A stretch of DNA of 64,000 bases from a virus. Numbering within the stretch: position 1 is the first letter of the stretch; the number at the start of each line of letters is the position of its first letter. Position numbers and translations under genes: made by a program. Location of the stretch: IMG/VR virus record IMGVR_UViG_3300037067_022543, one strand, 5' to 3'. The notes below the pieces were generated by a model. That model saw nothing but the letters and a program-made list of their open reading frames with translations, was not told the DNA's origin and did not search any database. This document shows positions 46,076-55,581 of this stretch, one piece after another.

Positions 46076-46504
46076 CTATAAATAAATTGTTATAAATAAA
46101 TTGTGCAAAATAATTAGTAGTGAAATTAGTGGTTTTGAAGAGACGCAAATAGAAAATACAGCAATGATAACAGATGTTAGTGATAAAGATATTGCCCGTT
46201 TTATGTAATTTGATTGTTTTTCATAATAATGTCTAGAAATAAGAGTACCACAAAGACTTTTTTCAACATCAATTACTTCAAGGATAATACTTTTAGAAAC
46301 AAGCAAAATATTATAATCCCATAATTCATCAACACAATATTTTGAAATATTGTCCAATTTTTCTTTATCTTTTATAATATGAACTAATCTTTTCCATTTC
46401 TTTATACGTTCATTTCCATCCTTTATCACGCCTTTAAGATCCAAAAAATCTTTAGTAGATAAAATAACTTCCTGCATATATTGTTTGGCTTCTTTTTCAC
46501 TCAT
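46076..46504 (-). CDS. hypothetical membrane protein (C-terminal TM helices)
   Basis: LTSVIIAVFSICVSSKPLISLLIIL. Confidence 0.45.
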   Translation of the reverse strand: MSEKEAKQYMQEVILSTKDFLDLKGVIKDGNERIKKWKRLVHIIKDKEKLDNISKYCVDELWDYNILLVSKSIILEVIDVEKSLCGTLISRHYYEKQSNYIKRAISLSLTSVIIAVFSICVSSKPLISLLIILHNLFITIYL

Positions 46505-46596
46505 TTATATTTCCTTTTTAAATTGCCTAAAAAAATCTTTAAATCTCTTGCTCTTATAAACTTTATAATATGCCTACTGGAATGTTATTTGTTTTA

Positions 46597-47220
46597 TCAT
46601 ATATTGTCAAATAATCTTGGATAATCATCTTCTTCTTCGCCATTTTCTGATTCTATTTGTTGTTCGTCTACTTTCTTTAAATCACTAATAATTCCCCTAT
46701 CAATATCTACTTTTTCTAACCATTCCTTCATGTTGTTTAACCAAATCTGAACATGATCCGTTGATGCTTTATGGGGAAATTTGAAAGAATAGTCTAAAGC
46801 TCCATTCGGATATCTCCCTTTTGGATGCATTATAGTAGGAGTAGTACTTGTAAAAACAATATTATCGTATACTACCTTAATGTATTCAATAGTTATTTCT
46901 GCATATTTAGAAACTAATTTAAGTAAACGAAGACGACACTCTTTTATATTATCTGACATTATATCAACACCATAAATTGTTTGAAGTGCCCGCAATGGAT
47001 CGTGCCCCTTTTTGAGTTTGCGTTTGAGAACTTCCACCAGCATATTGCCGTTGCCACAAGCTGGATCACAACATGTTTTATCTTCTTCCCACACTTCTTC
47101 AGGAAGCTTGTCTAGCATTTCGTTGATAAGAAATAGGGGAGTAAAATCTTCCGCCGTTTGCTTTTTTCTTTTTTTACGACGCTCATAGTTGGTTGTTTGC
47201 ATTGTTATATTTCTTTTCAA
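46597..47220 (-). CDS. N6-adenine methyltransferase-like protein (motifs X, I, II present; motif IV degenerate)
   Basis: TTG start; FTPLFLINEM (motif X), CCDPACGNGNMLVEV (motif I), IYGVDI (motif II); no NPPY. Confidence 0.5.
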   Translation of the reverse strand: MKRNITMQTTNYERRKKRKKQTAEDFTPLFLINEMLDKLPEEVWEEDKTCCDPACGNGNMLVEVLKRKLKKGHDPLRALQTIYGVDIMSDNIKECRLRLLKLVSKYAEITIEYIKVVYDNIVFTSTTPTIMHPKGRYPNGALDYSFKFPHKASTDHVQIWLNNMKEWLEKVDIDRGIISDLKKVDEQQIESENGEEEDDYPRLFDNI

Positions 47221-47222
47221 TT

Positions 47223-48431
47223 TTAATCAATAAACTTTTTCCAAAAATCTTTGCGAAAATATGGAATAATGTTACGATCAACCACTCCTATTCCTGCTGT
47301 ATTTTTAGTTGTCGTTGCTCTATTTATTTTTTGGAATTTTTCAGATGTTAATGCTTTTACTATTGCGTCGAAATTTTCTACTCTATCAACAATTGCAAAC
47401 GCCCACTGCGTCATTCCATATTCTCCTTTGGTGTCTTTTATAATTCCAAAATTACAACCATCTCCAATAATAATCTTGGGAATTTCAAAATGCCCCTTTT
47501 CAATTGTATTGGAATAATAATATTTAGCTTCGTTTTTAACATTTATTGAATACACACAAGGATATATAAATTTATTTATTTTTTCTTTACTCATCCATTT
47601 TTGTCTACCTTCATATGCAGAAAAACTATGTAGAATTTTAACTTTTTCTTCATCGTCTTTGGCAATCAATGACGAAACTTCATTTAACATAGAATTGGGA
47701 ATGAAAGGCATTTTTTGTAGATCAATTATGCTTTTTAGTCCATTTCTGTCAACAACTGTAGTTTTAATAGGATCGGTGGAATTTCTAATTATATACCAAT
47801 CATAACATGTTGAAGTACCAAAAATTTCCTGCCCATCTTTATTATCGTGCATTTCCAGATAAATAATTTGAAGTTTTGTCATTTTTTTACCAATTTTTTC
47901 TGCAAAAAAACCAGCCCCGCGCCAACCGGGCGGGTTAACAGAAACAACATACCCATTGTCTTTAACTAATGCAAAAGATTTTTCTACAAACCCGTTCCAT
48001 ATTGAATCTTTAGAACCATTTGCTGCTTGATAAGGAGGATTCATAAGAATAAAATCAAATTTTTTACCACCGAAAATTTTCATATTTTTAATTCCTTTTT
48101 TATTAAACTTAACAATTTTATATTGAACTCCATAAAAATTAGGATCTTTTAGCAAATTAACCTTATGTTGACAATCTGTAATAAACCAAATCTTATTGCC
48201 CATTATACCATAATCTTTCAACAATATTTCAATGAACTCAAGATTAAATACTGCAAAATCCTTATCAATAATAGTAGTGTTATTTTTTAGTTCCCCAATA
48301 ATCTGATGACAAAGACAATACGGAGTAAAAACATTTTGTATATTATTTTTGGGACATTTATTAATTCTTTCAATTTGAAACTGCAATTCTTCCTGCCAAA
48401 CTTTTTCAATTTCATTTTTATAAATTTCCAT
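47223..48431 (-). CDS. gamma-class N6-adenine DNA methyltransferase (NPPY), candidate MTase(-TRD) component of a Type ISP/IIG-like RM module
   Basis: VFTPYCLCHQIIGEL (motif X) and ILMNPPYQAANGS (motif IV). Confidence 0.65.
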   Translation of the reverse strand: MEIYKNEIEKVWQEELQFQIERINKCPKNNIQNVFTPYCLCHQIIGELKNNTTIIDKDFAVFNLEFIEILLKDYGIMGNKIWFITDCQHKVNLLKDPNFYGVQYKIVKFNKKGIKNMKIFGGKKFDFILMNPPYQAANGSKDSIWNGFVEKSFALVKDNGYVVSVNPPGWRGAGFFAEKIGKKMTKLQIIYLEMHDNKDGQEIFGTSTCYDWYIIRNSTDPIKTTVVDRNGLKSIIDLQKMPFIPNSMLNEVSSLIAKDDEEKVKILHSFSAYEGRQKWMSKEKINKFIYPCVYSINVKNEAKYYYSNTIEKGHFEIPKIIIGDGCNFGIIKDTKGEYGMTQWAFAIVDRVENFDAIVKALTSEKFQKINRATTTKNTAGIGVVDRNIIPYFRKDFWKKFID

Positions 48432-48448
48432 AATTGACCTTTTTTATA

Positions 48449-51055
48449 TCAAGACATTTTATTTAATAACATTTCAAGAGTGTCTTTGCCACATTTCCAT
48501 GCTGTTTTTCCATTCATGTTTTGCCCAGCAACCACAGAAGCAGCTCCACTGGGAGACTTAAATGAAATATCTTTTACGACAATCCATTTTGAATTTATAA
48601 AACCTTCTTTAATAAGTCTTTCTCTTTCGTTTAAATAGCTTTTAGAAATCCCCATATTAGTATTAGAACTGATCGAAGATCCATTAAGAAGAACAAAATT
48701 GCCTTTGCGGACTACTCCCTTGGCCACTATATTTTTACGAGGAAGGGTTAATATAAAATCATTAGATGCATTAATTGCTGAAAATCCACTAAATTTAGGC
48801 TTAATTTGGTCTATATCACCAACCAATTTTGACAATCTAGAGCGAATTTTAGATCTCTCTATTTCTATTTTTTTATTAAAGTCATTTTGTTTTTTTTTGT
48901 CTTCAATAGAATTTAACACTTGGCAATTAAATTCATATTCAAATAATTCTGGTTCCTTATGTATTTTTTCAATCCTGGGTGGAGCAACAATAATCATCTT
49001 GCCGTCATAAGATTCTTCATTATTAATATTTTCATAAGGACAATAACCTAGGTTGTTTTGAATTTGCTCTACTATTGTTTCTATATTGTTTCTATTAATG
49101 TCTGTAAATCCCAAATACCTAGGCATGATAACATAACAGAAGGGCTTAAAAAATTTACCGCTATAACAATCTGATGGTAGTATCTCTTTCAATAGAATTC
49201 TTTCGCGATCAAAAGGATGTATTCTCTCCCCTCTACCAACAGTTTGGTGCGAAGTTATGTCACTCATATCTCCAAATGGAAGAATAGCGTTAATTCCTGG
49301 AACATCCCACCCTTCTCCTACCATAGCAATATGTAAAATAATAGCTTTTTCATCTGGTTTTTTTTCTAACAACTCTTCCATAAACTTGTTGATATTTTCT
49401 TCATTTGATGGATATTCTACACCATCTCTATAAATCTTCCAGTCACTAGAAATAGCATAAATAGCAACATCTGGTCTATCCTTCTGATATTTCATAAATG
49501 TTTTAGATTTTATAATTTCAGAATACGATTGACCGCCGGAACATTTAACCAACATTTTTATTGCATTCAAATTACTATTAATAGAATGCTTTTCGTTAAG
49601 TTTTTCTACTTCTTGATATGCTCCCCAAACAATGTGGGCATTAATTTCGGCATTCTTTGTAATTTCTTCCTGTGTAGCAGTATGAATATTAATATGTTCT
49701 CCAAGAACAGCGTTGGTAACTGTAAAATGGCAAACCATAGGTCTTACAATTTTACCACAATCAATCATTTCTCTAGGGGACCTTCTGGAAATAACCGGAC
49801 CAAATAACTTGATATTATCCATTCCTTCTCCGTCTAAAACTGGAATGTCTGGAGTTCCACTAAGCCCTTGGGTAGCAGTATAATAAACTATTATTGGGCA
49901 TAAACGCAATGCATTTTCAGAAACCACAATTTTTCTCTTATCCTCTGGGATACTTCTGCCCTTAACTATATTATGTGCTTCATCACAGTTCATGAGTTTA
50001 AATTTAATCTCTGCTTTTATAATTTTAAAAACAGAATGATAAGTTGTAAAAACAAAAACAGGACCATTAGCATCATTAATAGCCTTATTTAATTCTATAA
50101 TATTTGTAGTGTTAACTACATCTTCTATTCCGCGAGACTTTCTTGCTTCATTATCGTTATCATAATCACCAGAAGTAAAATTAATAATTGTACAATTAAA
50201 AATACCGTACTGCATTAATCTATCAATAATCTTGCCGATTCCTTGTTTCCCCAATGTAATTCTTGGAACAACAAAAAGAATTTTAGAGCAAGGATCATTA
50301 TGGATATGTTTTTTAATTAGCCTAATCGAGTGTTCCATCATAATTTCGCTTTTGCCAGTCCCGGTTGGCCAAATGACTTGAAATTTTCCACTTTCAATTT
50401 TGAGTAAGTCTCTTATTGCAGTTTCTTGATATTCATCAGGAATAAATGGCTCCTTCAATGGTGTTATTTCTTTTTTGGCATCTTCAAGAGAATTCTTATA
50501 AGACAACCAAAAATCAATATTATTATTGACCATATTTTTGATTTCTTCTATGCCATAAACTTGAGTTCTTTCGGAATCCACAAAATTCTTTTTAGTGTTT
50601 TCGTGAAAATCTTTAGCATCAGTAAAAATATTAAATATCTTTTCGTTTGAAGAAAGATCAAATCCATCAAGATAATCAGACTGAGCAAAATATTCTGTCA
50701 CCTGACTATTTCCATCTGTCAAAAATTCTTTGCCATTAAAGGCTAAAAAAGTAGTTACAACACAATTACCCCTATTACCTTGTCCATGAGCTTTATATTT
50801 ATGCCTTACAGAATTTATTGTTTCATAATTTTTAATTCCGATAATATCATCAAAATAAAGAATCATTGCTTCAACAAATGACTGAAAACCGCTTTCCGTA
50901 TAGTTCTGGGGATTTTTATCAAATACTGATAGATTTTTTAAGTTTTGACTAAATTTTTCATAAGTGTAATCATTTGGGATTAGTGCTTCTGCTCTTGAAA
51001 CAGTGCCATTATATAATTTAAACTTAAAGACATGACGAGTTTTTATTGTTTTCAT
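48449..51055 (-). CDS. SF2 helicase/translocase (DEAH box; Type I/III/ISP restriction-enzyme-like ATPase)
   Basis: VIWPTGTGKSEIM (Walker A), LMNCDEAHNI (DEAH), QTVGRGERI (motif VI). Confidence 0.8.
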   Translation of the reverse strand: MKTIKTRHVFKFKLYNGTVSRAEALIPNDYTYEKFSQNLKNLSVFDKNPQNYTESGFQSFVEAMILYFDDIIGIKNYETINSVRHKYKAHGQGNRGNCVVTTFLAFNGKEFLTDGNSQVTEYFAQSDYLDGFDLSSNEKIFNIFTDAKDFHENTKKNFVDSERTQVYGIEEIKNMVNNNIDFWLSYKNSLEDAKKEITPLKEPFIPDEYQETAIRDLLKIESGKFQVIWPTGTGKSEIMMEHSIRLIKKHIHNDPCSKILFVVPRITLGKQGIGKIIDRLMQYGIFNCTIINFTSGDYDNDNEARKSRGIEDVVNTTNIIELNKAINDANGPVFVFTTYHSVFKIIKAEIKFKLMNCDEAHNIVKGRSIPEDKRKIVVSENALRLCPIIVYYTATQGLSGTPDIPVLDGEGMDNIKLFGPVISRRSPREMIDCGKIVRPMVCHFTVTNAVLGEHINIHTATQEEITKNAEINAHIVWGAYQEVEKLNEKHSINSNLNAIKMLVKCSGGQSYSEIIKSKTFMKYQKDRPDVAIYAISSDWKIYRDGVEYPSNEENINKFMEELLEKKPDEKAIILHIAMVGEGWDVPGINAILPFGDMSDITSHQTVGRGERIHPFDRERILLKEILPSDCYSGKFFKPFCYVIMPRYLGFTDINRNNIETIVEQIQNNLGYCPYENINNEESYDGKMIIVAPPRIEKIHKEPELFEYEFNCQVLNSIEDKKKQNDFNKKIEIERSKIRSRLSKLVGDIDQIKPKFSGFSAINASNDFILTLPRKNIVAKGVVRKGNFVLLNGSSISSNTNMGISKSYLNERERLIKEGFINSKWIVVKDISFKSPSGAASVVAGQNMNGKTAWKCGKDTLEMLLNKMS

Positions 51056-51057
51056 TT

Positions 51058-51792
51058 TTATTTACTAACCATATTATGAAACGTTTTCCAGAAAATAGGA
51101 TTATCGCCACAAACAGACTTTAAAGACAAAATTTCAGTTGGGTCATTATGGTCATTGTTCTGCATATAAATTCCGCCAGATTCCTCTTGAGCTATAAATT
51201 TTAATCTTCCATGAAAAAATCCTCCAAGAGTCTTCCAATTTATATCGTGAGCAAGTGTAAAAACGAACATTTGATCTTTGCTAGTCTTCCCAACTTTATA
51301 CCTAAATTTTGAAGTCCAATGAAAAGTTCTTAATCTTCGCCTTGTATTGTCTAAACTTTCTGACCAATTGCCATATTTAATTTGAACAGTAACAGTTCTT
51401 TCGTCTTTTGTTATTCCAGTTCCGTCTACACCAACATCTTGATCCTCTCCATCAGTTGTAAAAAACGGTTCATAATTATAAATACCCCAAGTTCTACCAT
51501 ATGCTTTCAAAACATATTCGCCAAAAACTTCAGTTACATCGCCCTTAAAATGTTTTGCCCCTTCTTCACCGAATTTATCAAAAAATTCTACTGTTTCTGA
51601 CTTGCTAATAATTTTAGCATATTTTTCTATTCTACTAATAAAACAAGATAAAGTACTACAATCTTCCAATAGCTCATTCCAACAACTAATTGCCGTTCTT
51701 CTGGGATGAATAATTTCTATTGTAGCAATATCTTTGTCTATCAAAATATTATCTGCAGTATTTTCTGAATTTTTTTTTATTTGTTTTTTCAT
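51058..51792 (-). CDS. PD-(D/E)xK (Mrr-like) restriction endonuclease-domain protein
   Basis: DVGVDGTGITKDERTVTVQIKYG core; stop-AA-ATG junction to the helicase gene. Confidence 0.5.
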   Translation of the reverse strand: MKKQIKKNSENTADNILIDKDIATIEIIHPRRTAISCWNELLEDCSTLSCFISRIEKYAKIISKSETVEFFDKFGEEGAKHFKGDVTEVFGEYVLKAYGRTWGIYNYEPFFTTDGEDQDVGVDGTGITKDERTVTVQIKYGNWSESLDNTRRRLRTFHWTSKFRYKVGKTSKDQMFVFTLAHDINWKTLGGFFHGRLKFIAQEESGGIYMQNNDHNDPTEILSLKSVCGDNPIFWKTFHNMVSK

Positions 51793-51973
51793 TTGTTATT
51801 CCGGGTATCATTACTTATTTATGTAATATAAAGTATTATAAAAAAATAAAAATGTCAAGAATTATTTTAACAAAAAAGAATTATTTCGGATTTTGGATCT
51901 ACATCTTTAAAACTTGTAATATTCACAAATTAAAACATTGGGGCATCTATCATATTTCATCTTTTACCCCTCA

Positions 51974-52180
51974 TTAATCATCAAATCCCCTAAAACTTTC
52001 TGGAAGTCTGGCCTTGAGTTCTAATTTTAATTGTTTAAATTGCCACATTCCTCTTCCAGTAAAAAAACCATCTTGATCATCACCACTTGCTGCATCAATA
52101 GTTTCCAGTAATAAAACATTGTCAGGCATTGCTTTTATACGTTTAATTGCTTCTTTTTGCCAAATAAGTAATTTTTTCAT
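51974..52180 (-). CDS. hypothetical small protein (68 aa)
   Basis: Minus-strand ORF. Confidence 0.35.
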   Translation of the reverse strand: MKKLLIWQKEAIKRIKAMPDNVLLLETIDAASGDDQDGFFTGRGMWQFKQLKLELKARLPESFRGFDD

Positions 52181-52407
52181 CTTTCAACATTTTCCAAAAT
52201 ATTTGTAGGAGGCAAATTGGATTTTAATTCTTTTATCTCTTTGTCTTGGTCAATAGATGCAAGAATATATATTGCACAAGATAATGTCCAAAAAAGAATA
52301 GTAAGATGATTTACTTTTTCATTACAAAAAATAATTCCTGCTATAGATAAAAATACTGAAAAAACACAAGCAACAAGTGTAAATAATGCGAGAGGAACTA
52401 TAAGCAT
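52177..52407 (-). CDS. small 2-TM membrane protein (paralog of 52420..52686)
   Basis: Two hydrophobic helices plus the shared motif ELKSNLPPTN. Confidence 0.45.
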   Translation of the reverse strand: MLIVPLALFTLVACVFSVFLSIAGIIFCNEKVNHLTILFWTLSCAIYILASIDQDKEIKELKSNLPPTNILENVER

Positions 52408-52419
52408 TTTTCTTTCTCC

Positions 52420-52686
52420 TCATTTTTCAATAGATTTAACAACTATTGAGTTTGATGTTATGTTGCTTTCCAAAACTATAGCAGTTTTATTTGTAGTTGG
52501 CAAACTAGATCTTAATTTATTCAATTCTTGATTTTCACAAAAGAATAAAAGTGCCCAAAGCATACAACAAAAAGTCCATATAATGCCACCTTTGTAATTT
52601 GATGGATTGATTATATCATCAAAAATAGACAACCCTGCACATAAAAAAACAACTAACGCTAAAAAACCACTAATAGTTAAAATCAT
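52420..52686 (-). CDS. small 2-TM membrane protein (paralog of 52177..52407)
   Basis: Two hydrophobic helices plus NKLRSSLPTTN. Confidence 0.45.
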   Translation of the reverse strand: MILTISGFLALVVFLCAGLSIFDDIINPSNYKGGIIWTFCCMLWALLFFCENQELNKLRSSLPTTNKTAIVLESNITSNSIVVKSIEK

Positions 52687-53393
52687 AATTTCTCCTTATT
52701 TATTTCAATAATTCTATTATACAAAACATGATACTTACCATCATCAATTTCTTCATGCCAATGACCGCAATAGAATTCTTTAAAAGTAACAGATTGAATA
52801 ATGTTGTCAAGAAAATTACTTACAGAACAATTATTTCTTTTATATGAAAACTTAAAACCAACTTTTTGAACTATAGAATCTGGTAAAGTATGAGCAAAAA
52901 TATAATCAACATTATTGCCATTTTTTTTCAAGTTTGAAATAGCATTATTCTTCTGTTCTTCACTTATTTCTTCTTCCTTCCACCATGATATATCTTCTGT
53001 TCTCCCTTCTTTATCGTGGCTCTTTGCCCCACCAATAGTTAAAATTCTTTTGTTATCAATAGTATATATTTCCCCACGCTTTAGATAAAATATTGAATCT
53101 GACACTACCCCTACCTTACCACCAAGAAAGGAAGATTCATCTAGTTGCAATAATCTTTTATGATTTTCATGATTTCCACATACAAACAAAGTAGTCCAAG
53201 GTTTTTTATCAAACCATTTCTTATAATATAACTCCCATTTCGTTTCTATAACATCCCAAATAAAACCAAAATCACCAAGAATAATTAAATAATCATCCCC
53301 TGATAAGGTTTTTCCTAATGGCCAATTTCTACTGGAAAGCCTTTTATAACCAAGCTCTCCATGAATATCACCAGTTAAAAATATTCTAGACAT
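52683..53393 (-). CDS. calcineurin-like metallophosphoesterase
   Basis: GDIHG, ILGDFGF and GNHENH motifs. Confidence 0.7.
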   Translation of the reverse strand: MSRIFLTGDIHGELGYKRLSSRNWPLGKTLSGDDYLIILGDFGFIWDVIETKWELYYKKWFDKKPWTTLFVCGNHENHKRLLQLDESSFLGGKVGVVSDSIFYLKRGEIYTIDNKRILTIGGAKSHDKEGRTEDISWWKEEEISEEQKNNAISNLKKNGNNVDYIFAHTLPDSIVQKVGFKFSYKRNNCSVSNFLDNIIQSVTFKEFYCGHWHEEIDDGKYHVLYNRIIEINKEKL

Positions 53394-53396
53394 AAA

Positions 53397-54080
53397 TTAT
53401 CTTTTGTAAATATAAAGGTTGTCGTGTATTCCCTCCCATTGTGCCATATCAATTATATTATCTAATTTAAAATTATCAGAAACAAAATCAAAAAAATTAT
53501 CATCAGCCGTACAACCGTATTTATCCTCTCCAATATAGATTAAGGTATTACCATTATATTCAGAAACACAATTATAAGCCATTGGAGTATCATAAGGAGG
53601 CCAACACAAAAACAAGGCTTTATCTTGATGGAGAGAAACAATCTTTCTTTCAGCATTATCAATGGGGTAATAATTTCCAATCAAATTAACTGGATAATAA
53701 AAATGAATGTTTTTATTCTTGCCAATGTCATAAGCAACTATGTCTACCCCATAATCTGCCAAAATACTTGCCCAGTAGCCCCTTCCTGCCCCTATCTCTA
53801 CTATACCCATGTCTTTAGTTGTTTTAACTATTTGGTCAATTGCTTTTTGATCTGTGACTGCCCAAGAATATATTTCTACTAATTTGTTTCTACAAGAGAC
53901 TTTATCACAGAAAGAAAATGGTTCTTTGTTTGATAATGACTCAAAATCAAAGTTAAAAAAATTAGGAAACTTCTTATTCAAAAAGTCTTTAACTTCAGAA
54001 GACTTTTTACCAGAATTATAAATTTTTGTATATAAATCAAAATACGCATTAGTTTTCATAATCAAGATGAAATCTTCCAT
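53397..54080 (-). CDS. class I SAM-dependent methyltransferase
   Basis: VEIGAGRGYWASILADYGVDIVAYD (GxGxG plus acidic residue). Confidence 0.6.
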   Translation of the reverse strand: MEDFILIMKTNAYFDLYTKIYNSGKKSSEVKDFLNKKFPNFFNFDFESLSNKEPFSFCDKVSCRNKLVEIYSWAVTDQKAIDQIVKTTKDMGIVEIGAGRGYWASILADYGVDIVAYDIGKNKNIHFYYPVNLIGNYYPIDNAERKIVSLHQDKALFLCWPPYDTPMAYNCVSEYNGNTLIYIGEDKYGCTADDNFFDFVSDNFKLDNIIDMAQWEGIHDNLYIYKR

Positions 54081-54361
54081 ACATTAGCAGATCTAAACAA
54101 CATAAAAACACCTGTTAAAAAGACAAATATAGAATAACCAATGTTGCTGCCATCAAGTAGAGATACCCACCAAGTTATTCCACAAACAACTAAAAACAAT
54201 AACCAAACATTCTTTTCTCCGTCTATTCCCATATAAATGCCAAAAAAAGACAAAATTAATGCAAGTAGATAAATAAAAAAGCTGGCAATCCAAAAAATAA
54301 AAAACCAAGCAATAGCAAGTATAAATCCCCCCCAAATTAATGCAATAAATATAGCAAACAT
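54062..54361 (-). CDS. hypothetical multi-pass membrane protein (99 aa)
   Basis: Strongly hydrophobic throughout. Confidence 0.4.
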   Translation of the reverse strand: MFAIFIALIWGGFILAIAWFFIFWIASFFIYLLALILSFFGIYMGIDGEKNVWLLFLVVCGITWWVSLLDGSNIGYSIFVFLTGVFMLFRSANVWKISS

Positions 54362-54442
54362 ATTTTTACCTATTTCTATGGTTCTTATTAACTCTCTTTT
54401 GTCAATAAACTACCATGTTTAAGTAAAAAGTCAAGAAAAATA

Positions 54443-54778
54443 TTATTTAATAAATTCATCCATAAGATGCTTTTTTATCTTTTTCTCTAATTTATTAGCA
54501 AGTTCGTGAGCTTCCAAATATTTTAACTTCTTGTATTTCATTTGTTCTCTTTCATACAGTTCATGGATTAAAATAAATCTAAGTTCAAAAAGATCAATAT
54601 GAGCATCAATCCATATTTCTGAATCTGGAATGAATTTTTTAATAGCATTAGTAGAATTAATGCCATATGCTTGATCATTGCCGCCGTCTACAAAATCCAT
54701 CCAAAACTTAACTCCAACTTCACAAGCGTTGACAAAATATATATTAATATCTTCTACAGTACCTATTTTCTTTTGCAA
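54443..54778 (-). CDS. hypothetical protein (111 aa)
   Basis: Minus-strand ORF. Confidence 0.45.
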   Translation of the reverse strand: MQKKIGTVEDINIYFVNACEVGVKFWMDFVDGGNDQAYGINSTNAIKKFIPDSEIWIDAHIDLFELRFILIHELYEREQMKYKKLKYLEAHELANKLEKKIKKHLMDEFIK

Positions 54779-54992
54779 ATTTCTTTATCTTTTTTTGATA
54801 TATGTGAAGAAACATAGTCTTTTATTTCTTGTAAGCCATCTTGTTTAAAAATTTTGTTTACTTCACTTATTATTTTATTAATTTCTATCATTTTATTTCT
54901 CTACGCAAAAAAGGATACATTAATTTTTCCAAAAATGTATCCCAAAAACCTATTCAAATATTATATCTTAACCGTTGCCAACTCAGTATTGC

Positions 54993-55208
54993 CTATCTTT
55001 TCACTGGTACTTCTTTCTTAAAATAAAACATAATATAACCACTTACAGTAACAACTGACACTAATTCTAAACCCTTTTTGCCCATTTCATTCAATATTGT
55101 TTGTTGCTCTTCAGTGTTCATATATTTTGAATTTAATCCTATACCGCCAACAACATATTTAAACTTTTTCATAACTTGTCTCCTTGAACAAACAAGAACA
55201 TTTATCAA
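54993..55208 (-). CDS. hypothetical small protein (71 aa)
   Basis: Minus-strand ORF. Confidence 0.35.
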   Translation of the reverse strand: MINVLVCSRRQVMKKFKYVVGGIGLNSKYMNTEEQQTILNEMGKKGLELVSVVTVSGYIMFYFKKEVPVKR

Positions 55209-55581
55209 TTCTAATACCTTTTTTTATTTTATCTTCTATATATTCTACAGGTATTTTATATTCTTTTGCTAATTTTATTTCTGCTTGAACACCCAGTGAT
55301 TTATTCCATCCCCTTATTTTGAAAACAATTAACCTATCACATTTAGATATAAACTTTTCATCAAAATCCAGCCAATATTTCCAATCTGTAGGCATTTTAT
55401 ATTTTCCAGCCATAACATGACCATAAGCAATTGGAGAAAAAACAAAATTTCCTTTTCTAATAAGATAAGCAGTTAATCTAAGTACTTTCTCAAATCTTTC
55501 ATGCATTACTTTTTTAGATGTGTGAGTATATGGGCTTGCAAGATATATTAATTCTTTATCATTTTTATTATTCATAATCAT
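55159..55581 (-). CDS. nucleoside 2-deoxyribosyltransferase-like protein (DUF1937-like)
   Basis: LIYLASPY ... CDRLIVF ... GWNKSLGVQAEIKLA. Confidence 0.45.
   Translation of the reverse strand: MIMNNKNDKELIYLASPYTHTSKKVMHERFEKVLRLTAYLIRKGNFVFSPIAYGHVMAGKYKMPTDWKYWLDFDEKFISKCDRLIVFKIRGWNKSLGVQAEIKLAKEYKIPVEYIEDKIKKGIRIDKCSCLFKETSYEKV

Noticed and set aside
46597-48431. Hypothesis that ORFs 47223..48431 (NPPY) and 46597..47220 (motifs X and I) are halves of one frameshifted beta-class methyltransferase
   Set aside because: The upstream ORF already contains its own motif X (FTPYCL...) ahead of NPPY, which is gamma-class order. The downstream ORF begins again with motif X followed by motif I, so they are two separate gamma-type units (the second lacking motif IV) rather than IV-to-I halves of one enzyme. 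They are also in different frames with a proper stop.
51853-51858. TTGACA with the shared upstream motif ahead of the nuclease gene 51058..51792, read as a standard promoter
   Set aside because: The nearest TATAAT lies only 12 nt downstream (the alternative TATATT is at 23 nt), so sigma70 spacing is not satisfied. The motif is conserved but may be a decayed or non-canonical promoter, and it is therefore not listed as a feature.
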